This document shows, piece after piece, positions 56,281-64,000 of a stretch of 64,000 nt of DNA. Below the pieces are notes generated by a model. That model had not been told where the DNA came from. It searched no databases and saw only the letters and a program-made list of their open reading frames with translations. The stretch lies in NCBI RefSeq assembly GCF_056746865.1, contig NZ_CM163382.1, one strand, 5' to 3'. Numbering within the stretch: the first letter of the stretch is position 1; each line of letters opens with the position of its first letter. The translations under genes and the position numbers were made by a program.

Positions 56281-57624
56281 TTAACCCTGCAGCAGAGACA
56301 GAACCTGCTGCGGTACCTGGTTAGCTTTAGACAGCACAGAGTTACCCGCCTGCTGGATGATCTGCGCTTTCGACATGTTGGACACTTCGGTCGCATAGTC
56401 GGCGTCCTGAATACGGGACTGCGCTTCAGACAGGTTGGTGGTGGTGTTATTCAGGTTGGTGACCGCAGAATCCAGACGGTTTTGTACGGCACCGAGGGAG
56501 GAGCGGAAAGTATCAACTTGCGAGATAGCTTTGTCTAAAAGTGCCAGCGGATCGTTGGTTGCAGTACCAGAAAATGTTGCTGTTGCCGCTGTTTTTACAG
56601 AACCATCAACATCGAGTTCATCGGTAAGTTGGATTTTTGTGTCTTCATTTGTTGCAGCGTCACCACCGTTTTCAATTGCATCCTTACCGTCTGCACCAGC
56701 AAGGTAATCTTTGCCTTGAATAGTAACATAGCCAACAGCCGCGCCAGCACTATTCGTCGTGACCTTGATAGGCTGACCTGTCTGTGTTGCTGTGGTAACA
56801 CCGTTCGCAGGATCAGTGAAAGTAACATTGGTGGTATTAAGCGTAACAACGCCACCAGCATTAACGGAAGCCGAATAGAAGTCATTACCAGATTGAACAA
56901 CATAGGTTCCTGTCGCTTTACCATCCGCGCTTTGTACGTTATGTAGGGACAAGCCTGATGTATCACTTATTCCCAATGTTTTAGCCATTGCGGCAGCAGC
57001 GGTATCGTTCGCACCAAATTTAACCGTAACCGGGGCATCGCCAGCATTAGCACCAGGAACTGTAGTTATCGCATCGCTAACTTTTAATGCGTTCCCTGAT
57101 ACCGAGAAACCTTTCAATCCCAGCGTTGAAGAATCAATTTTCTGCAAATCGATAGAGATGGTCTGCCCGTCATTCGCGCCAACCTGAATCTTCATCGAAC
57201 CGTCTTTCGCCAGCACGTTCACGCCGTTGAACTGGGTCTGACCGGAAACGCGGTCAATTTCGTCGAGACGGGATTTGATTTCGTCCTGAATGGAGTCCAG
57301 ATCCGAATCAGAGTTAGTCCCGGTAGAAGCCTGAACCGTCAGTTCACGAATACGCTGTAAGTTGTTGTTGATTTCGGACAGCGCGCCTTCAGTGGTCTGT
57401 GCAACAGAAATACCGTCGTTGGCGTTACGTGCAGCCTGAGTCAGGCCTTTAATGTTAGAAGTAAAACGGTTAGCAATCGCCTGACCTGCGGCGTCATCCT
57501 TCGCGCTGTTAATACGCAAGCCAGAAGACAGACGCTCGATAGAACTCGACAGCGCAGACTGGTTCTTGTTGATATTATTTTGAGTGATCAGCGAGAGGCT
57601 GTTGGTATTAATGACTTGTGCCAT
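56281..57624 (-). CDS. fliC: Flagellin FliC (447 aa); conserved N/C termini with a central variable (H-antigen) domain that is not K-12 H48
   Basis: ORF 56281..57624; MAQVINTNSLSLITQNNINKNQSALSSSIERLSSGLRINSAKDDAAGQAIANRF... and C-terminal ...QVPQQVLSLLQG; length 447 aa versus 498 aa for K-12. Confidence 0.97.
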   Translation of the reverse strand: MAQVINTNSLSLITQNNINKNQSALSSSIERLSSGLRINSAKDDAAGQAIANRFTSNIKGLTQAARNANDGISVAQTTEGALSEINNNLQRIRELTVQASTGTNSDSDLDSIQDEIKSRLDEIDRVSGQTQFNGVNVLAKDGSMKIQVGANDGQTISIDLQKIDSSTLGLKGFSVSGNALKVSDAITTVPGANAGDAPVTVKFGANDTAAAAMAKTLGISDTSGLSLHNVQSADGKATGTYVVQSGNDFYSASVNAGGVVTLNTTNVTFTDPANGVTTATQTGQPIKVTTNSAGAAVGYVTIQGKDYLAGADGKDAIENGGDAATNEDTKIQLTDELDVDGSVKTAATATFSGTATNDPLALLDKAISQVDTFRSSLGAVQNRLDSAVTNLNNTTTNLSEAQSRIQDADYATEVSNMSKAQIIQQAGNSVLSKANQVPQQVLSLLQG

Positions 57625-57700
57625 GATTCGTTATCCTATATTGCAAGTCGTTGATTACGTATTGGGTTTCCACCCGTCGGCTCAATCGCCGTCAACCCTG

Positions 57701-57727
57701 TTATCGTCTGTCGTAAAACAACCTTTA
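57701..57727 (-). promoter_or_regulatory. Sigma-28 class 3 promoter of fliC
   Basis: Minus strand TAAAGGTT-N11-GACGATAA, about 75 nt upstream of the fliC start. Confidence 0.85.
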
Positions 57728-57819
57728 GAATTTTTTTCACAAACAGCCATTTTTTGTTAGTCGCCGAAATACTCTTTTCTCTGCCCCTTATTCCCGCTAT
57801 TAAAAAAAACAATTAAACG

Positions 57820-57846
57820 TAAACTTTGCGCAATTCAGGCCGATAA
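57820..57846 (+). promoter_or_regulatory. Sigma-28 promoter of fliDST
   Basis: TAAACTTT-N11-GCCGATAA, 44 nt upstream of the fliD start. Confidence 0.85.
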
Positions 57847-57889
57847 CCCCGGTATTCGTTTTACGTGTCGAAAGATAAAAGGAAATCGC

Positions 57890-59296
57890 ATGGCAAGTAT
57901 TTCATCGCTGGGAGTCGGGTCAGGTCTGGATTTAAGTTCAATCCTTGATAGCCTCACCGCCGCGCAAAAAGCGACGCTAACCCCTATTTCAAATCAGCAA
58001 TCGTCGTTTACCGCTAAACTTAGCGCCTACGGTACGCTGAAAAGCGCGCTGACGACTTTCCAGACCGCCAATACTGCATTGTCTAAAGCCGATCTTTTTT
58101 CCGCCACCAGCACTACCAGCAGCACCACCGCGTTCAGTGCCACCACCGCGGGTAACGCCATCGCCGGGAAATACACCATCAGTGTCACCCATCTGGCGCA
58201 GGCGCAAACCCTGACCACGCGCACCACCAGAGACGATACGAAAACGGCGATCGCCACCAGCGACAGTAAACTCACCATTCAACAAGGCGGCGACAAAGAT
58301 CCGATTACCATTGATATCAGCGCGGCTAACTCGTCGTTAAGCGGGATCCGTGATGCCATCAACAATGCAAAAGCAGGCGTAAGCGCAAGCATCATTAACG
58401 TGGGTAACGGTGAATATCGTCTGTCAGTCACATCAAATGACACCGGCCTTGATAATGCGATGACACTCTCGGTCAGCGGTGATGATGCGCTACAAAGTTT
58501 TATGGGCTATGACGCCAGTGCCAGCAGCAACGGTATGGAAGTCTCGGTCGCCGCCCAGAATGCGCAGCTGACGGTCAACAACGTCGCCATTGAGAACAGC
58601 AGCAACACCATCAGCGACGCGCTGGAAAACATCACCCTGAACCTGAACGATGTCACCACGGGCAACCAGACGCTAACCATCACTCAGGACACCTCCAAAG
58701 CGCAAACAGCGATTAAAGACTGGGTGAATGCTTATAACTCGCTAATAGATACCTTCAGCAGCCTGACCAAATACACCGCCGTAGATGCGGGAGCTGATAG
58801 CCAGAGTTCTAGCAATGGCGCACTGCTCGGCGACTCCACGTTGCGGACGATTCAGACGCAGTTGAAGTCGATGCTGAGTAATACCGTCAGTTCTTCCAAC
58901 TATAAAACGCTGGCGCAGATTGGTATCACGACCGATCCCAGCGATGGCAAACTGGAACTGGATGCCGACAAACTCACCGCTGCACTGAAAAAAGATGCCA
59001 GCGGCGTAGGTGCATTGATTGTTGGCGATGGTAAAAAAACCGGCATCACGACCACCATCGGCAGCAACCTGACCAGTTGGCTTTCGACAACGGGCATTAT
59101 TAAAGCCGCTACCGATGGCGTTAGTAAGACCCTGAATAAATTAACTAAAGACTACAACGCCGCCAGCGATCGCATTGATGCGCAGGTCGCGCGCTATAAA
59201 GAACAATTTACCCAACTGGACGTTTTAATGACCTCGTTAAACAGCACCAGCAGCTACTTAACGCAGCAGTTCGAAAACAACAGTAATTCCAAGTAA
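57890..59296 (+). CDS. fliD: Flagellar filament cap protein FliD (468 aa)
   Basis: ORF 57890..59296. Confidence 0.96.
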   Translation: MASISSLGVGSGLDLSSILDSLTAAQKATLTPISNQQSSFTAKLSAYGTLKSALTTFQTANTALSKADLFSATSTTSSTTAFSATTAGNAIAGKYTISVTHLAQAQTLTTRTTRDDTKTAIATSDSKLTIQQGGDKDPITIDISAANSSLSGIRDAINNAKAGVSASIINVGNGEYRLSVTSNDTGLDNAMTLSVSGDDALQSFMGYDASASSNGMEVSVAAQNAQLTVNNVAIENSSNTISDALENITLNLNDVTTGNQTLTITQDTSKAQTAIKDWVNAYNSLIDTFSSLTKYTAVDAGADSQSSSNGALLGDSTLRTIQTQLKSMLSNTVSSSNYKTLAQIGITTDPSDGKLELDADKLTAALKKDASGVGALIVGDGKKTGITTTIGSNLTSWLSTTGIIKAATDGVSKTLNKLTKDYNAASDRIDAQVARYKEQFTQLDVLMTSLNSTSSYLTQQFENNSNSK

Positions 59297-59320
59297 TCAA
59301 TATTCATCGGGAGACAGGTC

Positions 59321-59731
59321 ATGTACGCGGCAAAAGGCACCCAGGCCTATGCACAAATTGGCGTCGAAAGCGCCGTAATGAGCGCCAGCCAGCAGCAGCT
59401 GGTCACCATGCTATTTGATGGAGTGCTAAGCGCACTGGTTAGAGCGCGCCTGTTTATGCAGGACAACAATCAGCAAGGCAAAGGCGTCTCTTTGTCAAAA
59501 GCGATCAACATCATTGAGAACGGACTGCGGGTGAGTCTTGATGAAGAGAGCAAAGACGAACTAACCCAAAACTTGATTGCTCTTTATAGCTATATGGTCA
59601 GGCGTTTGCTGCAAGCCAATTTACGCAACGATGTCTCCGCAGTCGAAGAAGTGGAAGCATTAATGCGCAATATTGCCGATGCCTGGAAAGAGTCGTTACT
59701 CTCCCCTTCTTTGATTCAGGACCCAGTCTGA
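59321..59731 (+). CDS. fliS: Flagellin-specific chaperone FliS (136 aa)
   Basis: ORF 59321..59731. Confidence 0.96.
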   Translation: MYAAKGTQAYAQIGVESAVMSASQQQLVTMLFDGVLSALVRARLFMQDNNQQGKGVSLSKAINIIENGLRVSLDEESKDELTQNLIALYSYMVRRLLQANLRNDVSAVEEVEALMRNIADAWKESLLSPSLIQDPV

Positions 59732-60096
59732 TGAACCACGCACCGCATTTGTATTTCGCCTGGCAACAACTCGTCGAAAAAAGCCAGCTCATGTTACGCC
59801 TGGCAACAGAAGAACAATGGGACGAACTCATCGCCAGCGAGATGGCGTATGTGAATGCGGTGCAGGAGATTGCACATCTGACTGAAGAGATTGACCCGTC
59901 CACCACGATGCAGGAGCAGCTCCGCCCGATGCTGCGCCTGATTCTCGACAACGAAAGCAAGGTAAAGCAGTTATTACAGATTCGGATGGATGAACTGGCG
60001 AAACTGGTCGGTCAGTCATCGGTGCAAAAATCGGTGTTAAGTGCCTATGGCGATCAGGGCGGCTTTGTGCTGGCTCCGCAGGATAACCTCTTTTGA
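59731..60096 (+). CDS. fliT: FliD chaperone / anti-FlhDC factor FliT (121 aa)
   Basis: ORF 59731..60096; start overlaps the fliS stop. Confidence 0.95.
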   Translation: MNHAPHLYFAWQQLVEKSQLMLRLATEEQWDELIASEMAYVNAVQEIAHLTEEIDPSTTMQEQLRPMLRLILDNESKVKQLLQIRMDELAKLVGQSSVQKSVLSAYGDQGGFVLAPQDNLF

Positions 60097-60173
60097 ATCT
60101 GAACGAGTCGATGGCTCGCGAATAATCCGATTACGGCTACGCTTCTAATGTTCCCCTTGAATGGAGTCGAAGA

Positions 60174-61661
60174 ATGCGTAATCCCACGCTGTTACAATGT
60201 TTTCACTGGTATTACCCGGAAGGCGGTAAGCTCTGGCCTGAACTGGCCGAGCGCGCCGACGGTTTTAATGATATTGGTATCAATATGGTCTGGTTGCCGC
60301 CCGCCTATAAAGGCGCATCGGGCGGGTATTCGGTCGGCTACGACTCCTATGATTTATTTGATTTAGGCGAGTTTGATCAGAAAGGCAGCATCCCCACTAA
60401 ATATGGCGATAAAGCACAACTGCTGGCCGCCATTGATGCTCTGAAACGTAATGACATTGCGGTGCTGTTGGACGTGGTAGTCAACCACAAAATGGGCGCG
60501 GATGAAAAAGAAGCTATTCGCGTGCAGCGTGTAAATGCTGATGACCGTACGCAAATTGACGAAGAAATCATTGAGTGTGAAGGCTGGACGCGTTACACCT
60601 TCCCCGCTCGTGCCGGGCAATACTCGCAGTTTATCTGGGATTTCAAATGTTTTAGCGGTATCGACCATATCGAAAACCCTGATGAAGATGGCATATTTAA
60701 AATTGTTAACGACTACACCGGCGAAGGCTGGAACGATCAGGTTGATGATGAATTAGGTAATTTCGATTATCTGATGGGCGAGAATATCGATTTCCGCAAT
60801 CATGCCGTGACGGAAGAGATTAAATACTGGGCGCGCTGGGTGATGGAACAAACGCAATGCGACGGTTTTCGTCTTGATGCGGTCAAACATATACCGGCAT
60901 GGTTTTATAAAGAGTGGATCGAACACGTACAAGAAGTTGCGCCAAAGCCGCTGTTTATTGTGGCGGAATACTGGTCGCATGAAGTTGATAAGCTGCAAAC
61001 GTATATTGATCAGGTGGAAGGCAAAACCATGCTGTTTGATGCGCCGCTGCAGATGAAATTCCATGAAGCATCGCGCATGGGGCGCGACTACGACATGACG
61101 CAGATTTTCACGGGTACATTAGTGGAAGCCGATCCTTTCCACGCCGTGACGCTCGTTGCCAATCACGACACCCAACCGTTGCAAGCCCTCGAAGCGCCGG
61201 TCGAACCGTGGTTTAAACCGCTGGCGTATGCTCTAATTTTGTTGCGGGAAAATGGCGTTCCTTCGGTGTTCTATCCGGACCTCTACGGTGCGCATTACGA
61301 AGATGTCGGTGGTGACGGGCAAACCTATCCAATAGATATGCCAATAATCGAACAGCTTGATGAGTTAATTCTCGCCCGTCAGCGTTTCGCCCACGGTGTA
61401 CAGACGTTATTTTTCGACCATCCGAACTGCATTGCCTTTAGCCGCAGTGGCACCGACGAATATCCCGGCTGCGTGGTGGTCATGTCGAACGGGGATGATG
61501 GCGAAAAAACCATTCATCTGGGAGAGAATTACGGCAATAAAACCTGGCGTGATTTTCTGGGGAACCGGCAAGAGAGCGTAGTAACCGACGAAAACGGCGA
61601 AGCGACCTTCTTTTGCAACGGCGGCAGCGTCAGCGTGTGGGTTATCGAAGAGGTGATTTAA
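60174..61661 (+). CDS. amyA: Cytoplasmic alpha-amylase AmyA (495 aa)
   Basis: ORF 60174..61661; GH13 motifs ([15 protein letters not shown]). Confidence 0.96.
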   Translation: MRNPTLLQCFHWYYPEGGKLWPELAERADGFNDIGINMVWLPPAYKGASGGYSVGYDSYDLFDLGEFDQKGSIPTKYGDKAQLLAAIDALKRNDIAVLLDVVVNHKMGADEKEAIRVQRVNADDRTQIDEEIIECEGWTRYTFPARAGQYSQFIWDFKCFSGIDHIENPDEDGIFKIVNDYTGEGWNDQVDDELGNFDYLMGENIDFRNHAVTEEIKYWARWVMEQTQCDGFRLDAVKHIPAWFYKEWIEHVQEVAPKPLFIVAEYWSHEVDKLQTYIDQVEGKTMLFDAPLQMKFHEASRMGRDYDMTQIFTGTLVEADPFHAVTLVANHDTQPLQALEAPVEPWFKPLAYALILLRENGVPSVFYPDLYGAHYEDVGGDGQTYPIDMPIIEQLDELILARQRFAHGVQTLFFDHPNCIAFSRSGTDEYPGCVVVMSNGDDGEKTIHLGENYGNKTWRDFLGNRQESVVTDENGEATFFCNGGSVSVWVIEEVI

Positions 61662-61694
61662 ATTCATCCCCGGCGGCAAGCCGGGGAGATTTCA

Positions 61695-62108
61695 TTACGG
61701 CAGTGGCGTCGGTAACGGCGCTTTATCCAGCGCAGCGGCACACTCTGCCGTCGGGCGATCCACACGCTCCATCGTCATACCATCGTACTCAATGGTGTTA
61801 CCGTCACGCTCAACCTCGTACAGCTCACGTTTTACGGTAACGTTAGTGAGATCATCTGACATCAATGTCAACTTGCCCGGCACGGCAATCACCCGCTGCC
61901 ACTGACGGCAATCCAGGGTATCGCCCTCTTTAGTGACAATCAGGCTGCCTATCGCTTCCGGACTGACCAGCGCACGTTGCGGCCCTTTGGTCTGCCAGTA
62001 GCCCGCCAGCCAGTCCGGCGCGGGGGTTTTCACGACATTGTTATAGTTTTCGACTTCGGCACAGCCCGCCAGCAACATGAGCGCGCCTGCAATTGCGAGT
62101 TTTTTCAT
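61695..62108 (-). CDS. yedD: Lipoprotein YedD (137 aa)
   Basis: ORF 61695..62111 (MMKKLAIAGALMLLAGC...); lipobox LAGC. Confidence 0.9.
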   Translation of the reverse strand: MKKLAIAGALMLLAGCAEVENYNNVVKTPAPDWLAGYWQTKGPQRALVSPEAIGSLIVTKEGDTLDCRQWQRVIAVPGKLTLMSDDLTNVTVKRELYEVERDGNTIEYDGMTMERVDRPTAECAAALDKAPLPTPLP

Positions 62109-62294
62109 CATTCGTCCTGCATGAGAAGAAAAGAGGATTGTGGCATTAAAGCCCTGATGTCGCCAGCCTTTCCAGGTTCAGAGAGAAATTTGATCTAACT
62201 ATTATTTTTGTGAATTATTACCCCGAAAATAAATTTGCATGATGTATGATTCGCGACTCTTGTTTCAAACCTTCTGAGTTCAGAGGCTACATTC

Positions 62295-63500
62295 ATGTCA
62301 TGGCAGCAATTCAAACACGCCTGGTTGATTAAATTCTGGGCACCCATCCCTGCGGTCATCGCGGCGGGTATTCTCTCCACTTACTATTTTGGCATTACTG
62401 GCACCTTTTGGGCTGTCACGGGTGAATTTACCCGTTGGGGCGGCCAGCTCCTGCAGCTGTTTGGCGTCCATGCTGAAGAGTGGGGTTATTTTAAAATTAT
62501 CCATCTGGAAGGATCGCCATTAACCCGCATCGACGGGATGATGATCATCGGCATGTTTGGCGGCTGCTTTGCCGCAGCGCTGTGGGCCAACAATGTCAAA
62601 CTGCGCATGCCACGCAGCCGTATCCGCATTATGCAGGCCATTATTGGCGGTATTATCGCTGGTTTTGGCGCGCGTCTGGCAATGGGCTGTAACCTGGCGG
62701 CGTTCTTTACCGGTATTCCTCAGTTCTCGCTGCATGCCTGGTTCTTTGCCATCGCCACTGCCATTGGTTCATGGTTTGGCGCACGCTTTACCCTGCTGCC
62801 CATCTTCCGTATTCCCGTGAAAATGCAGAAAGTTTCTGCCGCCTCACCGCTGACGCAAAAACCGGATCAGGCGCGGCGTCGTTTTCGTCTCGGGATGCTG
62901 GTCTTTTTCGGTATGCTGGGCTGGGCGCTGCTCACGGCGATGAACCAACCAAAACTGGGGCTGGCAATGCTGTTTGGCGTCGGCTTTGGTTTACTGATTG
63001 AACGTGCGCAAATCTGCTTTACTTCGGCGTTCCGCGATATGTGGATCACCGGACGTACCCATATGGCGAAAGCAATCATTATCGGTATGGCGGTGAGTGC
63101 CATCGGGATCTTCAGTTACGTACAGTTAGGCGTTGAACCCAAAATCATGTGGGCGGGACCAAACGCGGTAATTGGTGGTTTACTGTTTGGTTTTGGCATC
63201 GTGCTGGCAGGCGGCTGCGAAACCGGTTGGATGTACCGCGCGGTAGAAGGTCAGGTGCACTACTGGTGGGTCGGTCTGGGCAATGTGATCGGCTCAACCA
63301 TTCTGGCGTATTACTGGGATGATTTCGCTCCGGCGCTGGCCACCGACTGGGACAAAATCAACCTGCTGAAAACCTTTGGCCCGATGGGTGGCCTGCTGGT
63401 GACATATTTGCTGTTGTTTACTGCGCTGATGTTGATTATCGGCTGGGAAAAACGCTTCTTCCGCCGTGCGGCACCGCAGACTGCAAAGGAAATCGCATGA
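62295..63500 (+). CDS. yedE: YedE/YeeE family inner membrane transporter (putative selenium/thiosulfate uptake; 401 aa)
   Basis: ORF 62295..63500; polytopic membrane protein. Confidence 0.93.
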   Translation: MSWQQFKHAWLIKFWAPIPAVIAAGILSTYYFGITGTFWAVTGEFTRWGGQLLQLFGVHAEEWGYFKIIHLEGSPLTRIDGMMIIGMFGGCFAAALWANNVKLRMPRSRIRIMQAIIGGIIAGFGARLAMGCNLAAFFTGIPQFSLHAWFFAIATAIGSWFGARFTLLPIFRIPVKMQKVSAASPLTQKPDQARRRFRLGMLVFFGMLGWALLTAMNQPKLGLAMLFGVGFGLLIERAQICFTSAFRDMWITGRTHMAKAIIIGMAVSAIGIFSYVQLGVEPKIMWAGPNAVIGGLLFGFGIVLAGGCETGWMYRAVEGQVHYWWVGLGNVIGSTILAYYWDDFAPALATDWDKINLLKTFGPMGGLLVTYLLLFTALMLIIGWEKRFFRRAAPQTAKEIA

Positions 63501-63730
63501 AAAATATCATTCCTGATTACCGTCTTGATATGGTGGGTGAACCCTGCCCTTATCCGGCAGTCGCAACCCTTGAGGCGATGCCGCAGTTAAAAAAAGGTGA
63601 GATCCTGGAAGTGGTGAGCGACTGTCCGCAGTCGATCAATAATATTCCACTGGATGCTCGTAATCACGGCTATACGGTGCTGGATATTCAGCAAGACGGG
63701 CCGACCATTCGTTATTTAATTCAGAAGTAA
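63497..63730 (+). CDS. yedF: TusA-like sulfurtransferase-fold protein YedF (77 aa)
   Basis: ORF 63497..63730; CPxP motif (GEPCPYP); start overlaps the yedE stop. Confidence 0.93.
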   Translation: MKNIIPDYRLDMVGEPCPYPAVATLEAMPQLKKGEILEVVSDCPQSINNIPLDARNHGYTVLDIQQDGPTIRYLIQK

Positions 63731-63838
63731 TCCCTCATTCCCGCTGTGGCCAACAGCGGGAATATCGTTGCCTCTGTACCACATAGATTTTACCCGCCCC
63801 CTCTCCTATTCTTTTCAGTGTGCTCTCAGGAGGTTGCT

Positions 63839-64000
63839 ATGTGTGGACGCTTTGCCCAATCCCAAACGCGTGAAGATTACCTTGCGCTTCTCGCGGAAGA
63901 TATTGAACGCGATATTCCCTATGATCCCGAACCCATTGGCAGATACAACGTCGCGCCGGGAACCAAAGTTCTTCTGCTCAGTGAACGTGATGAACACCTT
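63839..64000 (+). CDS. yedK: SOS-response-associated peptidase (SRAP) YedK, N-terminal fragment (continues beyond window end)
   Basis: ATG at 63839 preceded by AGGAGG; translation MCGRFAQSQTREDYLALLAEDIERD... with catalytic Cys2. Confidence 0.85.
   Translation, partial: MCGRFAQSQTREDYLALLAEDIERDIPYDPEPIGRYNVAPGTKVLLLSERDEHL

Overview
This window is a contiguous stretch of Escherichia coli chromosome with the same gene order as K-12, and I find no convincing evidence of a novel or foreign system in it. Gene order (left to right): ruvB' - ruvA - yebB - ruvC - yebC - nudB - aspS - yecD - yecE - yecN - cmoA - cmoB - torZ - torY - cutC - yecM - argS - yecT - flhE - flhA - flhB - cheZ - cheY - cheB - cheR - tap - tar - cheW - cheA - motB - motA - flhC - flhD - uspC - otsA - otsB - araH - araG - araF - ftnB - yecJ - azuC - yecR - ftnA - yecH - tyrP - yecA - leuZ/cysT/glyW tRNAs - pgsA - uvrC - uvrY - yecF - sdiA - tcyN - tcyL - dcyD - tcyJ(fliY) - fliZ - fliA - fliC - fliD - fliS - fliT - amyA - yedD - yedE - yedF - yedK'. 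It therefore covers flagellar region II with the chemotaxis genes and flagellar region IIIa, plus housekeeping genes. Every ORF of 60 aa or more that I accept corresponds to a gene I recognise, intergenic spacing is typical, and I see no IS element, integrase, prophage, CRISPR array or compositionally foreign multi-gene block. The points worth a second look are modest: (1) the fliC allele is not the K-12 H48 flagellin (447 aa with a different central domain); (2) the flhDC upstream region carries no IS element; (3) several small or embedded genes invisible to a 60-aa ORF track are present or likely (azuC/AzuCR, MicL inside cutC, sigma-28 RNAs MotR and FliX); (4) two AT-rich genes of poorly known function (yebB, yecT) sit among GC-normal core genes. 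CDS coordinates come from the supplied ORF track with start codons re-chosen where the ORF finder over-extended; protein identities, gene lengths and named RNAs are from memory of the E. coli K-12 literature, not from any search. Regulatory-site and tRNA coordinates were counted by eye and may be off by 1-2 nt.
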